Source of the DNA: Octopus sinensis
Taxonomy: Eukaryota
Assembly: GCF_006345805.1 (NCBI RefSeq)
Contig: NC_042997.1
Location: 23,684,001-23,748,000, forward strand
Direction: 5' to 3'
DNA length: 64,000 nt
A model generated the notes under the pieces. The model saw nothing but the letters and a program-made list of their open reading frames with translations. It did no database searches and was not told the origin of the DNA. A program made the position numbers and the translations under genes. Positions 39,340-53,104 of the stretch are shown piece after piece; the first letter of the stretch is position 1, and every line of letters begins with the position of its first letter.

Positions 39340-40339
39340 TATGTGGTCAGAAATTTGTTATCTGTGACTATTCTCTATTGTATATTCCGATATTTTATTG
39401 AGGTTTATATCATCCATTGCTTAAATAAAATCCGCCACCCCACAAAAGTTGGTGTTTTTTGATAATTTGCAGAAGGTCGAATGTTAACTTCTGATCTATG
39501 CGGCCTACATGATTGGCGTGTATATTTGCCTTTTGTGGAGAAACATGAAGTTTTCGGGATCCAGCTGACGAGGATAAGCATTTAGTACCAAACAGAACGA
39601 TGCGTCGAATGGAGCAACATCCTAGGCCATATCAACACGCATCAATAATGTAGATCCTGTACAAACCCGATAAATACTGAGACAGAAAAGTTTTAGATTC
39701 CTGTAGTGAATGACTTTTTTTTAATATTTATGAAACACATAGTCATTTGTTTTTTGTTTTTTCTCTGGTGTTTGAACTGGGGGTCGAGATAAGTAATATC
39801 GTTACAGTCATGGAAGAGTGGATAAAAGTATATTTAATATACAAAGCTAACCAGTTTACTCTCTGCCCACGTTCTCCTGCAGATGCTAAGGCTGGTCATC
39901 GGGTGCGTGAGTCTCAACAGCTTGCGTGGAGCTGTAAGGACATGGCTAGCATCCATTCTCTTTTGGCTAACTTATAAAAAAAAACTAAAACAGAAAAATT
40001 GAAGTAAAATAAAATATGCGATAAGAGAAAATAAAGAAAAATTCATCTTTTCATTTATTACATTTTTTTTTTCTTTTACATTTTCATTCAGCCATTATAT
40101 AGTCACTCACAGTCAAGGACGTGTTGTTCATGATTGCTGATACTTGGGACTACATCAAGCTATTGACAACCTGGTTTGATGAGATAAAAAAACTCTGTGC
40201 AAACATGATTCTTTTTTACGTAATTATGTTCAATATGGCTTCCTTTGTTTATGACCAGATCAATTATCCGAACAAAATACTCGCTGCCCACCTCGTTCGG
40301 ATAATTGCGGTTTGACTGTATCAAGACTTGTATTGCAGA

Positions 40340-40364
40340 AAAAACAACAACAACAACAGCAGCA

Positions 40365-40430
<66 letters not shown>

Positions 40431-41010
40431 CAACAACAACAACGGCGACGACGACGACGACAACAACACGACGACGACAACAACAACAACAACAACGACG
40501 ACGACGACGACAACAACAACAACAAAACAACAACGACGACAACAACAACACGACGACGACGACAACAACACAACAACGACGACACAACAACAATGACGAC
40601 GACAACACAACAACAACGACGACGACAACAACAACAACGACGACGACGACGACGACACAACAACAACACAACAACAACAACGACGACGACGACGACGACA
40701 CAACAACAACAACAACGACGACGACGACGACGACAACAACAACAACACAACAACACAACAACAACAACAACAACAACAACACAACGACGACGACAACAAC
40801 AACGACGACGACAACAACAACAATGACGACGACAACAACAACAATGACGACGACAACAACAACAATGACGACGACGACGACGACGACAACAACAACAACA
40901 ACAACAACGACGACGACGACGACGACAACAACAACAACAACAACAATAACAACAACGACAACAACAACAACGACGACGACGACGACGACAACAACAGTAA
41001 CAACAACAAC
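40340..41010. repeat. Compound (CAA)n/(CAG)n/(GAC)n microsatellite
   Basis: Direct inspection. Confidence 0.95.
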
Positions 41011-41504
41011 GAGTGCAATAATTAGCTGGTAACTAAATTGAGTATGTGAAACTTTAGTATTTTGACCATGGACAACAACGTTGCTTCAGTTATAGGTTAC
41101 AAAGAATCGTTGTATCGTTGACTAAATAGCATGAAACATATCCAGTCATCATCACTTGTTATTTTTGATTTTGCTGGGGGAAAAATAACAAACAATATCG
41201 GTCATTCATCGAATAAATTTTTTATTTGTCGCACATCATTTTGTAATCAAAATTTCCATTGTAATATTCCAAATATTAAACATTCTGATACCCGTATTGT
41301 GTATTATGCGGTTGACGTCACAAAATTACTGCATCCTATTTTGTGTAATCAATTCAGTTTCTCTCTGTATTTTATTTAACAAATTCTTCGCGATAATTTC
41401 GGCTAAATTCGATGAGCTACACTTCACCGATGATAAAAACCAAGGCAATAATATTCAAGTGCTGTTTCCCGTAGTTGCTGAGATAAATAAATAAATAATC
41501 CTTT

Positions 41505-41720
41505 CTATTGTAGGCACAAGGCCTGGATTTTTGTGGGGAGGGGGGATAATTGATTACTTCGACCCTAGTACTTGATTTACCCTAGTACTTAATTTATCGA
41601 CACCGAAAGGATGAAAGGCAAAGTCGACCTCGGCGGAATTTGAACTCAGAACGTAACGGCAGACAAAATACGGCTACGCATTTCGCCCGGCGTGCTAACG
41701 TTTCTGCCAGCTCGCCGCCT
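41505..41720 (-). mobile_element. SINE family A
   Basis: Ends TTTCTGCCAGCTCGCCGCC on the plus strand. Confidence 0.8.
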
Positions 41721-41758
41721 TAATAATAATGCAAGTAACATTGGTTCCCGACTAGTAT

Positions 41759-41797
<39 letters not shown>

Positions 41798-42536
41798 GTG
41801 GCGATTTGGCAGAATCGTTAGCACACTGAATAAAATGCTTAGCGATATTTCGTTCGTGTTTACGTCACGAGTTCAAATTCCATCGACTTACCCCTCCCCT
41901 TGTACCAAAATTTTGAATAATTATGTTCTATATTACAAAGGCGGCGAACGGGTAGAATCGTTATCATGCCGAACAAAACGTGTAGCTGCATTTCTTCTGA
42001 GTTTAAATTCCGTCGAGGAATTTAAGTGCAAAACGTAAAGCTGAAATCTAAAACCATTATTATAATTTTTATCATTAAGATGAAAAATTGATCGAATCGT
42101 TAGAAAGTCACACGGTCTCCCCGGGCGCCGGGCGGCTACCGCCAGTTGCGGTCGAGAGCAGGGAGGCGCGGCAGAGAGCAAAAACTTGGCTGATCGGCTC
42201 GTACCCCTTTATAGTAGTCTGGATCCGCTTGGGGTGCGACGGTAATCTAGAGCGTGGTTGTTCCCCGCTGGTTTTTCGACGTCTTGTGGTGTTTGCTTTG
42301 ACTTTCTGCGTTTTAAGTTCATACCCAATCAAGGCAATTTTTTTTTTTGACAAATAAAGCACCAGTGAAGGGAAACAAAGTGGGCGGAATTGTTAGGGCA
42401 TCGGTCGGGATGTCTTGCAGTATTTGTTCCAGGTCTTTGAACGTACAACGGCACTGTAATCCGTTTTGTCGTTTCCTTCGGCAACATCGGTGTTCTAGAG
42501 TAGGAAAATTTGCATGAATATACAGAGCCTAGAGTT

Positions 42537-43612
42537 ACACACACACACACACACACACACTACACATCTTTGCTCATGCACACACACACACACATACACA
42601 TCTTTGCTCATGCACACACACACATATATATACATCTTTGCTCCCACACACGCATACACACACACACATACACATATTTGCTCATACACACACACACATA
42701 CACATCTTTGCTCACACACACACACACATACACATATTTGCTCATACACACACACACACATACACATCTTTGCTCACACACACACACACACACATACACA
42801 TCTTTGCTCATACACACACACACACACATACACATCTTTGCTCATACACACACACACACACATACACATTGCTTGCATGCACACACACACACACACATAC
42901 ACATCTTTGCTCATGCCACACAACACATATTATACCTTTGCTCCCAACACCATACACACACACACATACACATTTTGCTCATACACACACACACACATAC
43001 ACATCTTTGCTCACACACAACACACACACATACACATTTTGCTCATACACACACACACACACATACACATCTTTGCTCACACACACACACACACATACAC
43101 ATCTTTGCTCATGCACACACACCACACACACACATACACATATTTGCTCATACACACACACACACATACACATCTTTGCTCACACACACACACACACATA
43201 CACATATTTGCTCATACACACACACACACATACACATCTTTGCTCACACACACACACACACACATACACATCTTTGCTCATGCACACACACACACACATA
43301 CACATCTTTGCTCATACACACACACACCACATACACATCTCTTTGCTCGTCATGCACACACACACACACACACATACACATCTTTGCTCATGCACCACAC
43401 ACCCACATATACATCTTTGCTCCCACACACGCATACACACAACACACCCATACACAATTTGCTCACAACACACACAAATACACACACAACACAAACACAG
43501 ACACACTTTGCTCACACACAACACATACACATCTTTGCTCGACACCACACACACCACAATATATACATCTTTGCTCACACACACACCACACACACACATA
43601 CACATCTTTGCT

Positions 43613-43646
<34 letters not shown>

Positions 43647-43690
43647 ATACATCTTTGCTCCCACACACGCATACACATCTTTGCTCCTAG
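42537..43690. repeat. Minisatellite (CA)n-TACACATCTTTGCTCA, ~30-bp units
   Basis: Dozens of copies of ACACATCTTTGCTC separated by variable CA runs. Confidence 0.95.
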
Positions 43691-43849
43691 CTGCGTCTTG
43701 AAGTGGGGGGGGGGACTTTTCCCGATGCAGACGCTCAGACAGTCCTTAAGCAGACGAGACAAAGGCCATAATTATTACGTCTACGTTGCGAGATCAAATC
43801 TCACCGGAGTCAAAATTTACTATTCATGCTTCCATGGATAATAAAATAT

Positions 43850-44400
43850 GAAACAAGCATGTACTGGCGAAGCTGTAGGGTCAATTTAATTGACTATATC
43901 CTTCTCTTAGGAATTTATGGTTTTGTGTTATGCAGAAAAATCAATACTTCACAGACATTTTGTGTTATATTTGTTGTTGATAATCATTTTATTGTTTATT
44001 TCCCTTGGACCATCGACGTCTGATTTTATATCTTTGTCGTAGAGAATGATGTCTGGTTATGTCATATTTGCATTTTATTGATGTAATTTATTGGAATGTT
44101 CTAGCAATATTCCTTGGTCTTATGGGTATCTACGCTCTTTGTGTTACTCTTGGTGTTTATATATATTATATATATATATATATATATATCTGACTAGTTT
44201 TATCTTTCCAATATATAAAATTAAATATATTGCTTATGCTGCAATATAATTTCTCTCAAGTATCTCTAACTTCACTGATATTTTCTGGTTTCTCTATCAC
44301 ATGAAATATATTTTCTGAACCGATCTGGGTACAACAGACATTTTCTATGTTAGTAGCGTAGAGTCATGAACATTTTCAGAGAATAAAGGCTGGAGTTATT
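43850..44400 (-). mobile_element. Old R4/Dong-like zinc knuckle/REL fragment split by (TA)n
   Basis: Frameshifted KCLL../SENIFHVI, EYC*NIPI and PDIILYDKDIKS..DV..PREIN resemble the fresher 57236-57862 copy. Confidence 0.55.
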
Positions 44401-44729
44401 TTTGGAAGAATTCTGTTTAGAAGAATGCCGACTTCGACAGAAAAGAAAAATTATCATATTATTTATCATATTATTCCAGGCAGTGAATGAACTTATTACG
44501 GACTATTGTTCAACTTTTAGCCCAATGCTGTCAACGTCCAACCTGGTCTGTCAACGAATTTAAACAGTCAACCAATTAACGAGGGAACCTCTGAGAGGTA
44601 TCTTGAAATCTGGCTCTTAGTGAGAAGAAATAGATGAAAAACAAAAACAAAAAAAAACTAGTGAGAAATGTTAGCGACTATCAGAGAAAAGGGAGATAAA
44701 TACATGAAGTCATGAATCAATTTGAAAGG

Positions 44730-45036
44730 ACTTATTCTTTGTAAGCCAAGTACTTATTCTATCGGTTTCTTTTGCCGAACCGCTAAGTTACGGGGACGTA
44801 AACACAACAGCATCGGTTGTCAAGGGATGTTGGGGCGACAAACACAGTCACACAAACACACACATACATATACATATATACGACGGCCTTCTTTCAGTTT
44901 CCGTCTACCAAATCCACTCACAAGGCTTTGGTCAGCCCGAAGCTATAGTAGAAGACACGAGCCCAAGGTGCCACGCAGTGGGACTGAACCCGGAACCATG
45001 TGGTTGGTAAGCAAGCTACTTACCACACAGCCACTC

Positions 45037-45040
<4 letters not shown>
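44730..45040 (-). mobile_element. SINE family B
   Basis: Matches 4411-4815. Confidence 0.85.
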
Positions 45041-45114
<74 letters not shown>

Positions 45115-45908
45115 ATATATATATATATATACAGGTAAGTTGACAGTTGACGAAGAACATGTTTCGGTTGTATTAAACACCCATTACCGAACTGCTTTGA
45201 TCAGTGAATAGATAATTTTACAGGCAGAAAAAGAATTATGAAAAATTTTGGACAGCATGATTTGCAAAAATTTACTTAAAAAAAAAAATGAACTGAAGGA
45301 AATAACGCAAATAGGAACCTTAATATGAATATAGTGAAGTTGGTGTTAACATATTTAATATCTAAAGCACTAGAAAGCTATCTGGAAATAAATAAGAAAA
45401 AAAAAAAAGGACAGCTCTAGTTAATAAGTTAGCTATTTATTATTTCGGCAGATTTATAATTGATAAATCCTAAGTTTGCTATTTATTATTTCGGAAGAGT
45501 TATAATTGATAAAACCTATAAACACACTCACTGGCTCTTTGCCTATTTGTTCAGTTCATTTTCCTTCCTTTTTCATAACAGTTCCTGCTTGCTTTTTGTC
45601 CTCGCAAACCATTTTTAGTTTTCAACACCCGGTTTCAGATCAAAATTCTTGTCAAAGAAATTCAAAATCTGTGTTGTTTGTTTGTTAGTTTGTTTGTTTG
45701 TTTCTTTTCTTTCTTTCTCCAACTCTATTTAATAGCATTCTATATTTTACTTGTTTCACTCATTGGACTGCAGCCATGTTGGGGCACCGTTTCCAAGAAT
45801 TTTAGTCAAACAAATCAACACCAGTGCTTGGTTATTTTAAAGACTTGTAATTAATCTATTGCTCTCTTTTTGCCGAACCAATGTGGCACGGCAACATAAA
45901 CAAAGCAA

Positions 45909-45990
<82 letters not shown>

Positions 45991-46233
45991 TGACATGCTT
46001 CCACACAGTTCCCATTTACCAAATTAACTAAAAAATCATTGGTTGATGCAGAGATACAGTTGAAAGCGCATGACAAAGGTGCTGCCCCGTGGGACCGAAC
46101 TCGAAACTACATGCCTGCCCTAATTTTTTCTTTTTCATTGCTTTATTTGTTTCTTTTCTTCCGCGTTCCAATCATTATTACTTTTATTGTTTTATCAGTA
46201 TTTTAGACCCTTCCTTTCTTCCTTCCTTCCTCG

Positions 46234-46292
<59 letters not shown>

Positions 46293-46606
46293 TTATTTTT
46301 TCCTCTTTTTTGTTCTTTTCGTGTTCAAATCTTCATTCCTTTCTTTTATTCTCTTTATCTAATTTTTCCTTTCTTTTTTTTTCGTTCTTTGTTTCATTGT
46401 TTGTTTATTTGTTTATTTGTTTGTTTGGTTATTTCTTTCTTCCTTTCCTTCCTTCCTTCCTTCTGAATTTCTTTATTTCCTTCCTTGTCATCCTTCCTCT
46501 CCGACCAGATTCTGTTTTTTCCTGTGGCAGGACTGTTTTTTGTTACAACTGCGGTATCCGGTTTCTGACACCGAGAAAGAAAATGAAAAATGCCGGACGG
46601 TTGCGC

Positions 46607-46655
<49 letters not shown>

Positions 46656-46789
46656 GCAACAATAACAACAGCAACATTACGACGACAAGAAAAATAATTA
46701 AAACAACAGCGCCGACAATTCAATACATCAACAATAACAAGAATAGCAGCAGTACCATGAACAAGTACAACTGCAGCGACTATAACTTA

Positions 46790-46867
46790 ATAATAATAAT
46801 AATAATAATGATGATGATAATAGTAGTAGTAGTAGTAGTAGTAGTATTATTAGTAATGATGATGATG

Positions 46868-46901
<34 letters not shown>

Positions 46902-46914
46902 TGATAATAATAGT

Positions 46915-46953
<39 letters not shown>

Positions 46954-46980
46954 ATGATGATGATGATAATAATAATAATA

Positions 46981-47061
<81 letters not shown>

Positions 47062-47085
47062 TAATAATAATACTAATAATAATTG
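46790..47085. repeat. (TAA)n/(TAG)n/(TGA)n microsatellite
   Basis: Direct inspection. Confidence 0.95.
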
Positions 47086-47415
47086 TGAAAGGCGGATGGT
47101 AGTAACTGATACTGCTCTGAAGTACAAATATTTTCAGAAGATATTTTTGTTTATCTTATTTTTTTTTGTTTTTGTTTTTAACGAAATTCTTTCTTACAGC
47201 AGAATTACTGCAGTATGGCCGAGTGCTTAAAAAGTTTGATTCGTAATCAGGAGGTTTCAATCTCGATTCCGTAGTATGGCTTTACAACCACATGGTTTGG
47301 GGGCTTTATCCCACTACACGGCATCTTGAGAGCAAATTTGTTTTCTCTTATAGCTCGAGCCGACTAATGTATTTTAAGTGAATTTGGTAGACTGAAACAG
47401 CATGGAAACCTCATT

Positions 47416-47630
47416 GGAATAAGAGAAAAGGAGCGAAGGGTGGCTCGGCACAAGATCTGAGAGGCAGCTGAAAGCACCTCTTATTGGTTATGGAGCAAGA
47501 GAGAGAGAGGAGTTAAGCAGGAAGCTAGGAGATGAGGAGCTGTGATTTAGCCACCTCTGCTGACCCACCAATGGAAGGGTGTTACAGTTCAGGGTCGAAA
47601 CATGGGATGGACGTTGGATACCGTCTAATG
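47416..47630 (+). mobile_element. Hero/NeSL-like non-LTR retrotransposon 3' end
   Basis: GIREKERRVARHKI*EAAESTSYWLWSKRE resembles the EAAE.AS.WLW.KR C-terminus (from memory of the family). Confidence 0.5.
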
Positions 47631-47871
47631 ACATCGGTTACCGCTGGTCAAGGCATATTTTTTTTAATACATCACCCATCATGTTCTGCCTCACATTTTT
47701 AACACAACAGGTGTGATTTGAGGCATACTTAACTGTTCTTTCTAGTAGGTTGGACGACCACATAACGGTTCCCACAGTGGTTTGCAGAATTTCCCGGTGA
47801 AACAGTTGTTGAAGTACATATAATCTGCAATGTATGTGAACAGAATTTGTGTGAGAATATCTTATCTTATA

Positions 47872-48110
47872 AACAACATTCCATTAGAGTTTTTGAAGAA
47901 TGGATGGAACGCCACAATGAATTTTCTTACATAAACAATTGTAAGAAGATCTGGCAAGCAGTAGAATGACGCCACATACAAGCTTGCGATGATAACATTA
48001 CCAAAGAAAGGCAATCGCCCATTGCATTGTCAAAAAATAAGGTCCAACATGTATGATTAAAAATTCCAATGAAGCAACGCTTGCAAATCAATCTGAATAA
48101 GCTAACATCG
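47872..48110 (+). mobile_element. Degraded RTE-clade LINE RT fragment
   Basis: NNIPLEFLKNG, CKKIWQAVE*, ITLPKKGN and INLNKL in the expected order for the start of an RTE RT. Confidence 0.7.
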
Positions 48111-48650
48111 TATGTATATGATATTGTCATCGAAAAGACTTTGGATAAACAGAGGGCATTGAAAAAATAGCTGATCTTAGTTTGTACAGAAAATGTAAAT
48201 AGCAATGACGAAATCAGATAATAGAGTTGGTAGACAAACAAAAAACAACATTTAAATTAGTGTCAATACAATGCAGGAAGAAAGAAAATAAAAATTAAAA
48301 AAATCATTATATATATAACATATATAAAAAAATTATAAATAAAATAATTATGCGATCAGTAAAAAATTAACAACAATATTAGTCTGTGACGGACATATCT
48401 ATATATGAATACGCTAATGCCGGGTACGTTACACTGTCACGTGGTTTCTTGAAGGGACAGTCAAGATGGAGAGAAAGAGAGCGAGACAGAAATGCTAACG
48501 ACTTGTGGTAGGGGTAAGTAATAGTTATTACGAGACCAAATGTATGACGCTGTCGCGTGTTTAGTTCAAAAGAGATGTGAAGAGAGAGAGAGTGAGTGAG
48601 TGAGTGAATTAATGAGTGAGAGATAGAGAGAGGGAGAGAGAAAGAGAGAG

Positions 48651-48691
<41 letters not shown>

Positions 48692-49399
48692 TGAAAGCTA
48701 AGAGATAGGTATTGCTATTACATTGGTAAGTTGAACAAAAAAGTAGAAAGTAAAAGACAGATATAAACATGTTATGTGCAGGGGCTAATGACCTGAACAA
48801 CAATTTTTGGATTACGAGATTCGACACAGCAAGGCTTGAGAGTAAAACTAAAAGGAACTCCAATGCTTGTGGTCGAATATTTCGGAGCGAACATAATGTG
48901 GAGATTCATCAAGGCAAATCGATGTGCAGAGAGAAACTACAGCTAAGCAGAGTATTTGGTTCAATCCAGGTGCCTTGTTTTATGAATATTGGAACTATCT
49001 ATCGGTCGGAGAAGGTCAATAGCCATCTGGTTAAATCATTGGGCCTCTCTGCTCAACTTGATCAGTGCGCAAGAGTAGCTGAACCCGAAAGCGCAGAAGG
49101 CTTCTAGAAGAAATCCCAGCCGAATTTGTCACCAGTGACAGATCAGAGACGGGGTCAGTTGGAAAGGGAATTAGGCATCATCCTGGGCAGTATTCTGAAA
49201 AGCGATGCTACCAGGACGGTAAGAGTCATGGTAAAAGTGGTATGTCAGGCATACCAAAATATCTTCGGCATGTAGGAAGGAAAAAAAAAAAAAAACAAGA
49301 AGTGTCATGCTCCCGGTAGGAGGCAGCGGTAGGAGACAGCTGAATAAAAGATGGAAATAAGTACACGAAGGAGACGACACTGATGTCAAGCTGTATCAG

Positions 49400-50677
49400 C
49401 CTTGTCTGTCCCTCGGGCAACATCAATGGCATGGAGAGGGAAAACTTGCATATATGGGCAACGGTTTTTCTTTCATAAATAAAGCCCTGCCCTGGCCTGT
49501 GCATTGCGGAGTGACTTTACAAATAAAAAAATCCGCAATCTCCCCGGACATGTGGAGGATTTGGATAACATTTGTTGGACATCTGATTTAAACTGCACAG
49601 GACACTTTCTTATTAAATCTGGGCTGTTATGCCAACATTTTACAGACTGTTTACAAATATTTGCACCAATATTCTTTGAATAAGTGAATAAGTAAAAGAG
49701 TAAGAGTATACCGTCCACGTTACTGTAACTTCTTGTATTTTCATATTTTGGACAATTTTTTCTTTGAAATACTTTGTATACCTCATGGCTAGATAGTATT
49801 GTGATGACCTATTCGGACAGCTGCCTACAGTATGGATCACAAAGTCTGCATCAGTGCTACTCTTAGGAATTTAAAACCTGCATCCTAATACCTTTAGTAA
49901 ATCAGGTATTTTGTTATTTTTCTTTTTCTGGATTGCAAAAGTACACCCTTCTGAGTGATAACTAATATACAGATTACCGGCTCAAGATAGTCTGCTTTGA
50001 TTATCTGTGTTATTGTTCTGAAAATTTTTGATCTTAACATAGTCTCATATGACCCTCTACTGATAAGCAAAAAAGCTTTTGGTCTACCCTTTTGCGGTAA
50101 AGCTGTGTAACTTCCTTAGGTGTGTATCCATAGTCATAACTCGGGGTATATTTTCTGAAGAACTCCTTTTCAACTCTCAAAATGTTATCTACTTCATGTA
50201 TCCAGGGTTAATCTATAGATGCAATTAAATGTTTGGTGATAAGATGTCAAAAGGATATAAATCGATGTTAGCTTCTGCCTTTTTGTTTTCATTCTAGTTA
50301 GAAGCAATCAATATCACTATTGATATAGAGGTGGAATGAAAAAATTTCTAGTTTTAGCATAAAAGTGATTGAATTTTCTCTAACGTCCAATCAGTAATCT
50401 CAGTAGTTGATATGAATGATACAATACGGGTTGATCTATATTATGCCAAAAGCTCTGAAAATTACATTATTTTATCCAGGTGTTATATTCTTTGGTTAAC
50501 ACGTTCCTTATTACAAGACACGTCATCGGATACATATCCACCCATTGCTAGGTACCTGCAGCATTCATCATCAGATGCCACTGGTATCCAAGATGCTACA
50601 CTGGTTTGTAATTCCACTTCTTATTACAATAATGTAGAAACATGTATCTTAACTGAACTCCACCCCTATATCAGTTG
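49400..50677 (-). mobile_element. Old R4/Dong-like ORF remnant (RT C-terminus, zinc knuckle, REL); 5' junction in (TACA)n
   Basis: CRYLAMG..NKERVNQ, DWTLEKIQ, VIHTVGSCPNRSSQYYLAMRY and WHNSPDLI in order. Confidence 0.7.
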
Positions 50678-50784
50678 ATGTATGTACGTACGTACGTATG
50701 TATGTAATATATGATGTATTGTATGTACGTATGTATGTATGTATGTATGTATGTTGTATGTATGTATGTATGTATGTATGTATG

Positions 50785-50817
<33 letters not shown>

Positions 50818-50892
50818 GAATGTATGTATGCATGAATGTATGTATGAATGTATGTATGTAATGATGTATGTAATGAATGTATGTATGGTATG

Positions 50893-50926
<34 letters not shown>

Positions 50927-50928
50927 TA

Positions 50929-51326
50929 TCTCTTCTATTTTTTTAATTATTAGAAATCTTCCACTGAGTTGAGAGCCGGTTTCGGGATGTAGTTAACAGA
51001 CAAATTCACATTTGGAATTTGAGAATAGTCTTGCATATTTTTTCTGTTCCACTCACAGATTGCACTGTGTACAAATTAGCCGGTCGATTTCTCTTTCTGA
51101 AAATCCCAGTTTTTACCAGATTCTCCTCTAAGCATTTAGTAGTAAAATCTAGTGCTCCAATTACTATTGGTTGAATATGAATTCATAGTCTGGATGTAGA
51201 AGCTGGAGATTTCGAAGCAGTTGTCCATAGAAATCCTTTTTCTCTTTGATTTTCAAAGAGATATTTATATCTGCAGGGCAGCTGACCTCTATGATGGTAC
51301 ATACCTTTGCTCCTCGGTCCCAAACA
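50929..51326 (-). mobile_element. 5'-truncated R4/Dong-like 3' end in (TACA)n
   Basis: [56 protein letters not shown]...KICKTILKFQM*; (TATG)n on both plus-strand flanks. Confidence 0.85.
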
Positions 51327-51616
51327 TGTATGCATGCATGTATGTATGTATGTATGTATGTATGTATGTATGTATGTATGTATGTATGTATGTATGTATG
51401 TATGTATGTATGTATGTATGTATGCATGAATCTCGTGGCGTATGCATGTGTGTATACATGTCATTGCATGTGTGTATCTTGTTTTGGCTTATGTACGTGC
51501 CCATACACATGTATATGTATGCAAGTATGTATGTGTGTATGTATGTACATATGTATATACATACGCACGTATGCGTATACATGTATATATGTATATAATA
51601 TTATATATATATATAT

Positions 51617-51649
<33 letters not shown>

Positions 51650-51764
51650 GTATATATATATACATATATATATATGTATATATATATATACATACACGTA
51701 TGTATGCATATGTATATCCACACTCATGTATTTGTATGTATGTATGTACATAAATACGTACGTA

Positions 51765-51804
<40 letters not shown>

Positions 51805-52058
51805 GGTATATATATATATGTATGTATGCATGTATTTTTTGGGGGGCATTGTTCACATGATGGTTATAATGAAATCATCCTTATTTAGCGGAAGGGCTTC
51901 ACAGAAACCCAATTCCAGAAGCACTTAGAAGCCTTAAAACGAAGACCTGTAATATTCAGTACTCTTTTGTCTGTGTGTGTGTAGAGCAGAGATATGAGTA
52001 CGTAGCATGTGTGTGTGTGTACGTGTTGAGATCTATCTACCTCTCTGTCTGTCTGTCC

Positions 52059-52094
<36 letters not shown>

Positions 52095-52136
52095 TTCTGT
52101 CTGTCTGTCTGTCTGTCTCTCTATCTATCTGTTTGT

Positions 52137-52212
<76 letters not shown>

Positions 52213-52619
52213 GTATCTGTCTCTCCGTCTGTCTGTCTGTCTGTCTCTCTCTCTATCTCTCTATCAACCTTATCTGCATATATACACGGACGCACAAACA
52301 CACACACGAATACGCGCACACACATACACATGCACACACACACACACACAGTCGAACACACACACAGTCGAACACACGCACAGATGCGCACACAGACAAC
52401 ACATACACGTATATATTGACGCAAGCACAGATGTGCGGGTTAAGAAAATCGCTTCGCACCCACACATTTACAGATTCAATCCCGTTGCGCAGTATTGGGT
52501 AAGTGCCTTTTACTATAGCCTCAGGGTTAACACCTTGGGAATGAAACGTTTTCTTGAGAGAAATTATACAGAAGCCAGTTACATGTATGTTCCCCACCAC
52601 ACAAGTACATACAATGGTT

Positions 52620-53037
52620 CCAAAATCAGATAATAATTTAGTAAGTACCAGACCGAAAATAGTATTGAGATTGGAATCGATGCCACGAACTAAACGTTTG
52701 AAAGCCTTGCTCCAGTATGATCGCAGTCTGCTGACTGTAACCAGTAAAATATACCTGACTTCCCTCAGAACAGTATCGATCACCTCTGTATGTTTGTTGA
52801 CGTCGTCTCTATACGCAAGCACAGATCGTCCACATCCTAGCTCCCGCAAAATGCCTCTCGAAATCTCTATTTCTGCTGTATTAGCTCTAGAATCATTAGC
52901 TCTAGAATCAGTAGAGAGAGAGAGAGAGAGAGATGAGAGATTAGACTGTAGAGAGAGATAGAGATGAGAGAGAGATCGAGAGAGAAGTGAGGAGAGAGAG
53001 AGAGAGAGAGAGAGAGACGAGAGAGAGAGAGAGAGGA

Positions 53038-53104
<67 letters not shown>

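Noticed and set aside
48769-49107. 112-aa plus-strand ORF
   Set aside because: No recognisable motif; lies among decayed LINE fragments.
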